Origin: Candidatus Sigynarchaeum calidifontis
GTDB taxonomy: Archaea; Asgardarchaeota; Lokiarchaeia; Sigyniarchaeales; Sigyniarchaeaceae
DNA: 11,209 nt
Assembly (NCBI GenBank): GCA_030587475.2
Contig: JAUQYZ020000100.1
Coordinates: 1 to 11,209 of the forward strand
Reading direction: 5' to 3'
Of this stretch, positions 1 to 8,572 are shown piece after piece. Each line of letters starts with the position of its first letter. Within the stretch, counting starts at the first letter, position 1. Position numbers and translations under genes: made by a program. The notes beneath the pieces were generated by a model. It was given only the letters and a program-made list of their open reading frames with translations. It made no database searches and was not told where the DNA came from.

Positions 1-806
1 CGCGTGGATAGCTGCACGACTTGCTCCTCGGGCGCGGCTCCTTCAGCAGGGCGGGCGAGGCGTTCGAGTACCCGCGCCACGTCTTCCCCCGTCACGTCGA
101 CGGGCTGGTCGAGCAGCTGGAGCTCGGCGACCAGCTCGACGGGGCGCCACTTGCGGCGCTTGGCGCCCATGATGCGCAGGATTGCCGATTCAATATACGG
201 GCGTCCATGCACGTGACGGGTCGAAGGTGCATGCAGCGACTTGTCCGGAACAGGAGTCATGATTGGTATGGGCGGTCGTGCAGGAGACTCGTTAGGAGCA
301 TTAGGTGCAGGAGCTTGGGCCATTATTGGTTCATTAACAGGCACCGGTACTTGTACGGGCATCGCAATGGTGCCGCCGCTCGCCAGCTCGAGCTTTAACG
401 GGGCAAATTCGACGCGGAATGGATTGGGAACGGCACGTGCGATCGTTCGGCCGATTGCCTCGACGAGTGCAGGAGCGTCGATGGTAACCGCAAGGGATGT
501 CGGGAACATGTTCGCACTCGCGGAATCACGATCCTTTTTCTTTCCGGGTGATTTTGAAGGCGATATTTCGTCAAAACATGCCTTGCAGTAAAGCAATCCA
601 TCGTGTTTTTTCATCTGCCCTTGCGGGAATTCTTTACCACACCCTTCGCAGACCTTCTTGCTTGCCGCTTTCTTTATCGGGAAACATTTTCCACAATATT
701 GAATTCCATCAACAATTCCCCCTTCCCCGAAAAACTCGCCTTTACATTCGGGACATGTCAAGGTATCTTCAAAAATCTCTTTCTTTATCCCTTTCAATTC
801 GATCAA
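1..806 (-). CDS. Tandem C4 zinc-finger (treble-clef/half-LIM-like) protein with Pro-rich linker and probable winged-helix domain; 3' end runs off the window
   Basis: Manual translation gives 268 stop-free codons from TTG 806, which overlaps the upstream TGA (TTGA) after GGGGGAG; an alternative TTG lies at 797. Sequence: MIELKGIKKEIFEDTLT-CPEC-x16-CGKC-x11-CEGC-x17-CKAC-FDE...PVQVPVPVNEP...PARPPIP...PYIESAILRIMGAKRRKWRPVELVAEL...EDVARVLERLA. Absent from the ORF track, presumably because it has no stop inside the window. Confidence 0.85.
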   Translation of the reverse strand, partial: MIELKGIKKEIFEDTLTCPECKGEFFGEGGIVDGIQYCGKCFPIKKAASKKVCEGCGKEFPQGQMKKHDGLLYCKACFDEISPSKSPGKKKDRDSASANMFPTSLAVTIDAPALVEAIGRTIARAVPNPFRVEFAPLKLELASGGTIAMPVQVPVPVNEPIMAQAPAPNAPNESPARPPIPIMTPVPDKSLHAPSTRHVHGRPYIESAILRIMGAKRRKWRPVELVAELQLLDQPVDVTGEDVARVLERLARPAEGAAPEEQVVQLST

Positions 807-1249
807 ACTCCCCCTTGTTCATTCTCTGTCTGGAGAATCCGCTCAAGGCTCCTCTTGAACAATGCCTTGAGCTCGCTGGTCGTCTTGCCGTTCTTTGTGC
901 AATACGCAACGAGGCCGCGGGTGGAGATGCTCGTGTCCAGCTCCCCGAAAACGCCATACAAGTGCAAGAAAGCGTCCTTCAACTCTTTGAAATCAGTCTG
1001 ATCGGGGACGTAACTCTCCTTGATCGGATGAATCGAGAGTTTTTTCACGACACGGCCATTTACAATGTTAACCGCTGAAAAGATCATTCCCCGCTTCACG
1101 AGCTGGTCGACGAGCCGCTCGGTCTTGCCATACGACCAATGAAGCCGATCTGCGAGGGAATACACGTTGATCAAGTCTTCTTGGCGGATGACGGCCAGCA
1201 AGGCTTCGATATCGCCGCTCTTTTGCTTTTTCTCCACCTTTGGATCCAC
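803..1249 (-). CDS. Winged helix-turn-helix DNA-binding protein (148 aa)
   Basis: GTG start. The segment LLAVIRQEDLINVYSLADRLHWSYGKTERLVDQLVKRGMI followed by a beta-wing (AVNIVNGRVVKKL) fits a wHTH pattern. The stop overlaps the next start. Confidence 0.75.
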   Translation of the reverse strand: MDPKVEKKQKSGDIEALLAVIRQEDLINVYSLADRLHWSYGKTERLVDQLVKRGMIFSAVNIVNGRVVKKLSIHPIKESYVPDQTDFKELKDAFLHLYGVFGELDTSISTRGLVAYCTKNGKTTSELKALFKRSLERILQTENEQGGV

Positions 1250-1261
1250 CCAGGTCGGTCT

Positions 1262-1671
1262 TTAATCATGCTCGGGATGTTGTCTTTTAATGCACGTCCG
1301 CATCTGATCCCACTATTTTTCGTCCGTTACGAAGAATTGCGATAGATCTCCTGAAATCTATCCTCGTTCATTATCCAATGTAACTCGCTCAATGATGGAA
1401 TTTCCGAAAGAATTTCAGGGAAGTGGTTAAATCTTCCAGCGCCAGTGATCATTATGCGTCGTACGGGATGATATTTGAGATCTTCTGGTAGATCGAAAAT
1501 CTCCCCTGCGTAGAATTGTAGGGGTTTTAAGCGCTTCAAGTTACCTATCCAATCGGGGATTTTCTTGAGTTCAAATACCGAAAATCCGATGGACGATGGC
1601 ATTGCACCGGGGAATGAACCAAACTCGGTGTAATTCGCCTTCATGGCTTCGTACAAAGTCTTTTGATCCAA
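1262..1671 (-). pseudogene. Degraded paralog of the neighbouring leucine-rich repeat gene
   Basis: About 45/85 identical residues by hand alignment to the C-terminal part of 2106..2915 (PDWxGxLxRLK...GAGxF...PEIL.EIP.L.E..W.M...RF.EIY.NSS). There is a 9-aa deletion after PxSIG and a premature TAA at 1327-1329. After a 1-nt frameshift and a TAG (1313-1315) in place of a Trp codon, *WDQMRTCIKRQH aligns with WWKEMIERMRRKY. The N-terminal LRRs are missing. Confidence 0.8.
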
Positions 1672-2083
1672 TCACGCATCACTTGTCTTTATTCTCAAAC
1701 TACCAGTATAGACGAATCATTTAAGCCTATCGGATAAGACAGCCTTTAACTGAGAGTAAAGAACATATACTTTGTCGATAATCCACAAAATAGATATATA
1801 TTGTATCTATCAAGTATAAACTCAGTATATATTAAATGATCAATCTCGATCGACAATGCGCAATCAACGATCAACTTCCGTATACTTGCGATTCAAAATC
1901 CGAATTGCCTCTCTTTATCTATACGTAAGACGCTGATAACACACCAAGGCGTATCTCATTCAAGGAAGACGAGATTCGATGCCCTCTCACCATGGTGCAT
2001 CGGTAAATCAAGAGATGAAAATGCCCAGCGGTTAGAATGCACTGCAACGGCGCAATGAGGAAAATGGGCGACTTCCAGGGATG

Positions 2084-2095
2084 AAAAAATAAAAA
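2084..2095 (-). terminator. Archaeal-type T-tract terminator
   Basis: TTTTTATTTTTT on the minus strand about 10 nt after the LRR stop codon. Confidence 0.45.
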
Positions 2096-2105
2096 GGAGG
2101 CGAGT

Positions 2106-2915
2106 TCAATCATCTAGATAGTGCCGATATTTCCTACGCATTCGTTCTATCATCTCCTTCCACCAGGATCTCATCTTCTCGGATGAATTGTTGTAAATTT
2201 CTTCGAAACGAGTGTTATCCATGCTCCAATTCACCTCGCATAAAGTCGGAATCTCCCGAAGGATTTCTGGTAGGCATTTGAAGTTCCCCGCGCCAAAGAT
2301 CGAGATTTTTCTCAGCGGGAGTTGCTTGAAATATTCGGGCAATTCAGATATCCGAGCGCTATTAAAAACGAGGTATTTTAGTCTTTCTAAACCACCAAGC
2401 CAATCAGGCAGACTTTCCAGATCGAATCCCCAAAAAGCCAGGTATTCCAAGTTCTTCAAACATCCGATGGAAGGCGGTAATCGGGATGAATTACCTTGCG
2501 ATATTTGGAGATGCGTCAACCTCGGGAGCCTATGAAACTTGTCCGGTATTTTAATACAATCAGCGACATCAAGATGTAACATGCTCAGTGATTTCAAGGT
2601 AAAAAGCGATTCTGGGAAGGATGGATCTTTATCGATAGACATGCTCAGTCGTTGAAGGCGAGAAAAGGCAGTGAGTAATTGCCATTCATCCATTTTCACC
2701 ATGTAGAAAGAAAGACTACCAACATGTCGCTTTCTAATCTCATAGGCACAGCCTGGCCAATCTCCCATGTATCTCGGAAAACGGGCTTGCCTCATCGAGT
2801 CTGGGAACTTATCGAGCAATCTTCGCAGTGCGGCATTCTCCTGGGGATCATCGAGATCCAAAATATCTTGTTCCATTCGTGGAGCCTCATTACTTCCTAT
2901 GTATGTCCATGTCAC
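2106..2915 (-). CDS. Leucine-rich repeat protein (about 6 LRRs); ATG 2876 is a plausible true start
   Basis: Repeated ~23-aa LP..l..L..L..L.l units (FPESLFTLKSLSMLHL, IPDKFHRLPRLTHLQI, LPPSIGCLKNLEYLAF, LPDWLGGLERLKYLVF, LPEYFKQLPLRKISI, LPEILREIPTLCEV), with an N-cap (ENAALRRL...YEIRKRHVGSLSF). Confidence 0.9.
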   Translation of the reverse strand: MTWTYIGSNEAPRMEQDILDLDDPQENAALRRLLDKFPDSMRQARFPRYMGDWPGCAYEIRKRHVGSLSFYMVKMDEWQLLTAFSRLQRLSMSIDKDPSFPESLFTLKSLSMLHLDVADCIKIPDKFHRLPRLTHLQISQGNSSRLPPSIGCLKNLEYLAFWGFDLESLPDWLGGLERLKYLVFNSARISELPEYFKQLPLRKISIFGAGNFKCLPEILREIPTLCEVNWSMDNTRFEEIYNNSSEKMRSWWKEMIERMRRKYRHYLDD

Positions 2916-3169
2916 TTGCTTGAGATCTTCAACGTTTCACGAAGGTTCTAGATAAGAATTGGCGCGACGACGTAATATACGTTGCGAATCGATGTGGAAC
3001 ATGCAGATCCATATCCTTTTTTAGAAAGAAGGATGTGACACGTGTGCGACAAGATTCATAACCAAAATTGCGTCAATATTGATAACTCTTCACACTTCAT
3101 TAGTAGAAAGAAGTAAAAAGAAAAATCAATAAAAAGCGAACGAAATTAAAGAAGGAGATTGTCAATTCA

Positions 3170-3188
3170 GGGTCTTCTTAAGAGACCC
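3170..3188. repeat. Short inverted repeat GGGTCT-N7-AGACCC
   Basis: Perfect 6-bp arms next to an A-rich tract near the AT-rich/GC-rich boundary. Confidence 0.4.
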
Positions 3189-3849
3189 GCATCATTATTG
3201 AAGATCTCGCGAGCTAGATCCACCACGTCATGAGAACCATGCATGCGGGCTTGTTGGCGCCAAGTAAACCCAGCGTGCCATCGGCCACGTGGAATGGGCA
3301 GTTGCGACTCGCGATCCCTTCGTCACGCGCTCGTAAACCCCCTCCTTGCTGCACGGCAGGGCACGCGTGATGTCGTCCTGGAAGGCTTGCCGAGCCATCG
3401 GGAAGGGGGGTACAATCAAAAATCATCAGGTCTCTTTTCATGTCATGAGTTGCAGTATGGATCTTTGGACCTGGGTATCCCATATTATACACAAGACTAT
3501 TTTTTGATTTTCCAGATCGTTTGATGCGCGATCGAGCGATCGTTCCAAAACGCGTGCCGTTAAAATAAACGGCGGACCTGGCACGTGACCTCGAGAGCGA
3601 TCCGCACGACCCCGGGACGGGCACGTAACTCGCCCGCCCGATGCCACCCCGGCGCCTCGATTCCTAACATCCGTCGATCGTCATGAAAACGGGGGATAAT
3701 ATCCGAATCACCTCAAGAAGGTGTTGACGCCTTGGAAGCCCTGCTATCCCGCGGGCACGTCGTCGTGAGCCGGCGGGGGCGCGAGATGGCATCCATCAAC
3801 CTTGCCCCTGGGGTCGAGACCATCGTGCGCAGGGCGCGGGAGGAAAGAA

Positions 3850-4503
3850 TCACAGCAGGGCAAGGATGGCGACGAGCCACAGCCACGCGAGCATCGCGAA
3901 GAACGAGCACCATTCCAGGAACGGGTTGCGCCAGAACCTCGGCCGCCCGTTCGGCCAGTCCCAGGGCCTGGTCGTCCGCGCCAGCTCCTCCCTGGGAAAC
4001 CGGACCGTGTCCACGATGAAGCTGGCAACGACCGCCAGCACGGCGACCGTGACCCAGGCGATCCAAGGGGGATACATCGCCGTGGCGGGCTGGATGCCGA
4101 TGGCGATGGCAAAGAACACCATGAGCACCGCGATGCCCAAGAAGAAGCAGCTGGCGATGGCAAGGTGCGCCTTCTCCTTGTGCTCGGGAACGAGACCGAC
4201 CAGGCAACACGCGACCGCGCAGAAGATGCCGATGCCAGCGACGATCCCGGCCAGCCGCGTGCCGATGGCAAGGCCGATGCCGATGGCGAAGGGCAGCATC
4301 AGCGCCCCGCTGGTCACGAGCGTGGCTGCGAACAACGTCTTGCGCGGCGCGAATCGGGGATCACCCAGCTCGGAGATGAAGTGGTTGAGGATGCTGTACG
4401 GCTCGTGCTTCATCCCCGTGAACCCGACGGTCGACAGGGCGACCCCGGCGGTCATGATCGCGCTCGATGCGACCCCGAACCAGCCGAACGCCTCGAACGC
4501 CAT
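3850..4503 (-). CDS. DUF998 family polytopic membrane protein (217 aa)
   Basis: Characteristic YSILNHFISELG motif after TM1, a conserved-looking H (KAHLAIA), a C-terminal LEW and about 6 hydrophobic helices. Codon usage is GC3-rich. Confidence 0.85.
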   Translation of the reverse strand: MAFEAFGWFGVASSAIMTAGVALSTVGFTGMKHEPYSILNHFISELGDPRFAPRKTLFAATLVTSGALMLPFAIGIGLAIGTRLAGIVAGIGIFCAVACCLVGLVPEHKEKAHLAIASCFFLGIAVLMVFFAIAIGIQPATAMYPPWIAWVTVAVLAVVASFIVDTVRFPREELARTTRPWDWPNGRPRFWRNPFLEWCSFFAMLAWLWLVAILALL

Positions 4504-4559
4504 GGTCTTTGAAAAGACCGCCGTGCCCTAATAGTTTCTCCGGGGGGACGACGATCCCG

Positions 4560-4582
4560 ATAAAAAGGGAAAAAAGCCGGCT
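4560..4582 (-). terminator. T-rich terminator candidate after the AAGCCGGCTT palindrome
   Basis: The minus strand reads AAGCCGGCTTTTTTCCCTTTTTAT, downstream of the 4693..4908 gene. Confidence 0.35.
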
Positions 4583-4692
4583 TCATCTTTACCATCGCCA
4601 GCGCTGGTTGATAGGCCTCCTTGCCCACATTCGATTGCTGCTCTCGCCGATCTTACATGGCCATATCGAAAAGCTCAACAAGACCTCGCTAG

Positions 4693-4908
4693 TCAACCAG
4701 TTGCTTGGAGCACTTTCACCGTACTTCTATACACGAAGATGCAGGCCAAGGTGCCCAGAACAGAAACGAATATAATAGGGATGAGGTATTCCCATCGCTC
4801 GTAAACCATCTTGTAGAGACAAAGTGCCAGGATTGCCCCGATCGCGCCGCTCAAGACCATCCCGATGATCACGAGCCGCTTGATCCAGTATTTTTGATAG
4901 GTACTCAT
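4693..4908 (-). CDS. Small two-TM membrane protein, possibly a C-terminally truncated pseudogene
   Basis: ATG start and two clear hydrophobic helices (LVIIGMVLSGAIGAILALCLY; YLIPIIFVSVLGTLACIFVY). A protein-like continuation appears in a shifted frame (QLVD*RGLVELFDMAM*). Confidence 0.6.
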   Translation of the reverse strand: MSTYQKYWIKRLVIIGMVLSGAIGAILALCLYKMVYERWEYLIPIIFVSVLGTLACIFVYRSTVKVLQATG

Positions 4909-5243
4909 GTCGAATCACGTGCTCGAACAAAGCTCGAAATTTTGGCTTATATGGATTTGCCCCATGGTGGATCATGACACGGCAGCACCACGGCAATATC
5001 GCCATGCAATTACGGGGACTCTTGCTGCCGGTGCTTTGATTGATAGACCAAAAGGGGAAAATCCGGGCGTACATTCCAGACATGCTTCCTACCACTTGAT
5101 GATTCTCAATCATCAAGTCTCATCGCAAGTCTTGGCTAGCCCCCAGCAAAAAACACGCCAAGAAAAACCAGCGATAGACGAGATCTTGGTGGTTACAAGG
5201 AGAAATACTTGAAAAGATTTGCTTGGCAATGGTAATCGCACGG

Positions 5244-8200
5244 TTAAATGACACCGAGTGCCGCGATCTGCCCGAGCAAGACGCCGATCTCGTGGCGCAG
5301 CTGCATGTAGGGCGCGGCCATGGGCTCGTATGCCCACCGGAACGAGGGCTCGTCCCCGCTGGAGCCTGCCAGGGGCAATCGCTGCAGATACCCGGGCTCG
5401 TTGTACATGCCGTCGACCCGCGCGAGCAGCGCCCGCGCCGCCGCTGCCTCGGCCGGGTGCCCCGTGCCGTCCAGTGCCGCCAGCGTGCTGTTGAGCAGCC
5501 AGAAGTACTCGTAGTCCTCGATGCCATCGCGCACGCGCTCGAGCCGCAGCGAGCCGACCGGATTGCCGTTCTCGCCCCAGCCGACCAGCGTTCCCTCGCC
5601 GAAATACGCGTACCCGTACCCGCCGATGTCGCCATCCAGCCCCCAGTTGAACGTCCAGTAGAGCCAGCCGGGGACGCCGTACGTCCAGTGTAGCCAGAAC
5701 GAGTTCCGCTGGAGGATCCCTTGCATATAAATGTCCGTGTCGGTCGTGGGGAAGTGGTTGTGCGTGTGGTAGACCCACAGCTCCTTCCCGCGGGTCGCGT
5801 TGCCCGTCGCGTTGTATTTCGTGTCGAGGTAGGTCTTGATGCGGGCAGGCCAGCCGTCCGCGAAACCATCTTCGGGGAGCGTGGCGGACGGCTCCCACCT
5901 GTGGATATGGAAGCAGTAGATGTCGACATCCGCGAGGAAGGCGTCGGGGTACGTGTCGAAATCCTGGTTCATGGTCTCCATGACTTTCAAGCCGGGAGCG
6001 TGCGCGTGGATGAGCTGCGCGACCCGGATGATGCCGGGATACATCTCGGGGGCCGGCTCGTCCTGGATGAAGTAATAGGCGTGCTCGAGGTAGGTCGTGT
6101 TCCATGGCGTCGTGTGGTTCGAGAGGTAGGCGGTCAAGTTGCCGAGATACCACGAGAACACGGTCTTCTCGTCGTCGGTTGGATCCAGCGTGCCCCACGC
6201 GAGGCCCGGGATGTTACCGATGGCCACGGGAAAATATTTCATCCCCCGGGCGAACGCCGCGTCAAGCTGGGCGAGATATGCCGGCCAGTCGAACGTGATG
6301 GACAGCGGGCCATTGGAAATGTTGGTGTTCACGGCCGTCACTGCGCGGGGCGAGAAGTACCAGTCGAGCCGGTGCTCTGCATAGAAGTCGTGCCACGCGG
6401 GCGTGTCGGGGATGCCCCAGATGATCTCGGTCGCGACGTGTCGCTCGACCGGCACCGTGAAGTTGAAGACCTCGACTTCCAGGTTGAACGAGACGTCCCG
6501 GTTGATGTAGGCCCGCTCGATGCCGGGCGGGGTCCCGTGGTAATCCTGGCAATGGAACAGCATGGTCGTGCGATAAATGCCCGGCTTGATCGCGTCGTCC
6601 GCGGGTACCTTCACGTCGATGTAGAACGGCCAGTTCTGGCGGCCGGACCCGGCCAGCGAGAACGACGTGTCGACTGCCTTGAATGGCAGCAGCCGGTCGG
6701 GGTACTGGTAGGCGAGCTGGGGCACGTAGTCCACGATGAAGGTGGTGATGTTTCCCTTCCCGATACGGTCGGCCGGGGAGCCGGCGAGAACGAGGTCGAC
6801 GGTCGGCGCGAGGGACATCACGTTCAAGCTCTTGAGTCGCCATGGCGTGAGGACGACCTGGAAACCCTCGTGCTCGCCCCGCGCCATGGCGATGCGCACG
6901 GTGCTGTTCACGGGCGACGACGGGAGATCGGGCAAGTAGTTGGCATCGATGCTGCGCAAGGAATCCGCGTGCCACAAGTAATAATCAGTGTTAAAGCTCC
7001 CGAGCACGTGTTCGGTCGATGCAGATGCCACGCGCAGCCCGGCGAAGGTGCCCGTGACAGCGATGCCCGCGATCACGGCGAGCACGACGGCGGCCTTCAC
7101 CAGCCGCGCCCGGTCATGTGCTCGGGCCACGTGTGCTCCCGCCACGGTAACGGCGCTTTGCACGCGCTGGGATGCCGGTTGCACGCCGGGAAAGCGCGCG
7201 GGGTCGGAAACGACCGAGAAGGTCGCGTACTCGGGCACGACGCCCCTGGCTTGCAGCTCCCGCTTCCCCTTGTTCCAGAACGCCGGGACCAGCCCCAGTA
7301 CCTTCGCGACTGCAAGCAATGCCAGCAAGAGCAAGCCCGCGTAGAGCGCGACCTGGAAGCATTCGGTGCAGAAATAGTCCCACTTGACGATCATGGCGAC
7401 GAGCAGCCCCCCGGCGATGAAAAACTTCGTGCCGAAGCCCCAGAAGGGCTGGGAGAACCGCCCGATGGCCATCGAGCGCGCGTGGAGCATGCACGAGAGC
7501 AACACGCCGGAAAACGTCGCTGCCGCGAGCCACGTCACGGCCGGCGCGTGATCGAGAAGCGCGTAAGGGTCCGAGTAGAGGATCCCGGCCGTGATGGCGA
7601 GGAACGCGGTCGACCCGAAGAGCATGGCATGGCGGCTTGGCACTGCCTTGTAGAAGAGCCCCCACGCCACCGCCGTGGCCATGAGTGCGGGGCTAAACTC
7701 GAGCCAGAGCGGGACAAGGCTAGCCTTGATCAACACGTTCACGAGGATGATGCCCGTGCCAAGTATCAACAGCAGGAAAGCGATGAACGTGATGCCGCCG
7801 CGCACGGCATGCAATGCCCCGTTCCGGCCGTTCTTGATGATGGCCGGCAGCGCGTCGATCCCGCGCCGGCGCTCGATCGCGCCCGCCGCCATCGCCATGG
7901 CGATATCGTGCTTGATCCCGGCAGCTTGGACTGCATGAACAGCGACCATTGCACCGTGGATGCCCGCCTCGACGAGCAGCGACCACGCCGGGCCATGCTG
8001 CGCGAGCACGCCGATGTCAACCCAAGCCACGCCGACCAGCATCAAGGCCATGATGAGGATGGCGTTGCGGTTGCGCTCGGCGGGGACGAGACTTGACGTG
8101 AAGAGGCCGCTGCCGGACACGAGGAACGTCGAAAAAACCGATGAAAAATACACCATGACCGGGTAGAACGAGTAAGCATAGTGCAAGCCGAGCTGCTGGA

Positions 8201-8540
8201 CGAAAGGGGCACCCATCCACTCGGCATGGGCCGTGATGTCGACGATATAGATGATGGAACAGATGAAGGCAAAACACGCCGTTGCCAGCTGCACCAGGGT
8301 TCTCCGTGCAACATCGTGGATCCAGAAAGGCCCCGTGATCATGCACGCGAGGACCGGGACGATGATGGAAACCAGCACGCCGACCAGCGCCGCGTTCGAC
8401 GTGAGATCTGAATCCACGAAGGGATAAATGGCCCCTAGTTTGATGATAAAAGCGAGAAGTACCGACAAGCTTGCAATGGAGGCACCTTTCTCCACCACGT
8501 CGTGGTGGGGACTGAGGAGTTTTTCTGTTATCGTGCTCAT
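5244..8540 (-). CDS. Polytopic membrane protein (about 13 TM) fused to a GH123-like / DUF4091 glycoside hydrolase domain (1098 aa)
   Basis: The N-terminal ~500 aa contain about 13 hydrophobic segments. The soluble part has ARGEHEGFQVVL (typical start of DUF4091-linked hydrolases), YYFIQDEP (adjacent DE pair as in GH123/GH20), YGVPGWLYW and the DUF4091-type signature SLRLERVRDGIEDYEYF. Confidence 0.88.
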   Translation of the reverse strand: MSTITEKLLSPHHDVVEKGASIASLSVLLAFIIKLGAIYPFVDSDLTSNAALVGVLVSIIVPVLACMITGPFWIHDVARRTLVQLATACFAFICSIIYIVDITAHAEWMGAPFVQQLGLHYAYSFYPVMVYFSSVFSTFLVSGSGLFTSSLVPAERNRNAILIMALMLVGVAWVDIGVLAQHGPAWSLLVEAGIHGAMVAVHAVQAAGIKHDIAMAMAAGAIERRRGIDALPAIIKNGRNGALHAVRGGITFIAFLLLILGTGIILVNVLIKASLVPLWLEFSPALMATAVAWGLFYKAVPSRHAMLFGSTAFLAITAGILYSDPYALLDHAPAVTWLAAATFSGVLLSCMLHARSMAIGRFSQPFWGFGTKFFIAGGLLVAMIVKWDYFCTECFQVALYAGLLLLALLAVAKVLGLVPAFWNKGKRELQARGVVPEYATFSVVSDPARFPGVQPASQRVQSAVTVAGAHVARAHDRARLVKAAVVLAVIAGIAVTGTFAGLRVASASTEHVLGSFNTDYYLWHADSLRSIDANYLPDLPSSPVNSTVRIAMARGEHEGFQVVLTPWRLKSLNVMSLAPTVDLVLAGSPADRIGKGNITTFIVDYVPQLAYQYPDRLLPFKAVDTSFSLAGSGRQNWPFYIDVKVPADDAIKPGIYRTTMLFHCQDYHGTPPGIERAYINRDVSFNLEVEVFNFTVPVERHVATEIIWGIPDTPAWHDFYAEHRLDWYFSPRAVTAVNTNISNGPLSITFDWPAYLAQLDAAFARGMKYFPVAIGNIPGLAWGTLDPTDDEKTVFSWYLGNLTAYLSNHTTPWNTTYLEHAYYFIQDEPAPEMYPGIIRVAQLIHAHAPGLKVMETMNQDFDTYPDAFLADVDIYCFHIHRWEPSATLPEDGFADGWPARIKTYLDTKYNATGNATRGKELWVYHTHNHFPTTDTDIYMQGILQRNSFWLHWTYGVPGWLYWTFNWGLDGDIGGYGYAYFGEGTLVGWGENGNPVGSLRLERVRDGIEDYEYFWLLNSTLAALDGTGHPAEAAAARALLARVDGMYNEPGYLQRLPLAGSSGDEPSFRWAYEPMAAPYMQLRHEIGVLLGQIAALGVI

Positions 8541-8566
8541 GATAGATAAGTGGTTGCCGGCTCGGC

Positions 8567-8572
8567 TTTATA
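8567..8572 (-). promoter_or_regulatory. Archaeal TATA box (TATAAA) for the GH fusion gene; probably a leaderless transcript
   Basis: TATAAA lies 27-32 nt upstream of ATG 8540, and no Shine-Dalgarno sequence is visible. Confidence 0.55.

Noticed and set aside
4-1078. Plus-strand ORFs 4..216, 21..398, 241..591, 497..1078, 603..1001
   Set aside because: They lie antisense to the zinc-finger and wHTH genes on the minus strand.
3683-3850. Plus-strand protein-like fragment (GVDALEALLSRGHVVVSRRGRE...) or a tRNA/att site near the GC boundary
   Set aside because: There is no good start, the frame runs antisense into DUF998, and no cloverleaf or direct-repeat partner was found.
5721-8096. 791-aa plus-strand ORF and other long overlapping ORFs (e.g. 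5113..6198, 3802..4512)
   Set aside because: These are antisense or alternative-frame shadows of GC-rich genes. They are Arg/Gly/His-rich with no motifs, while the main frames carry clear family signatures.
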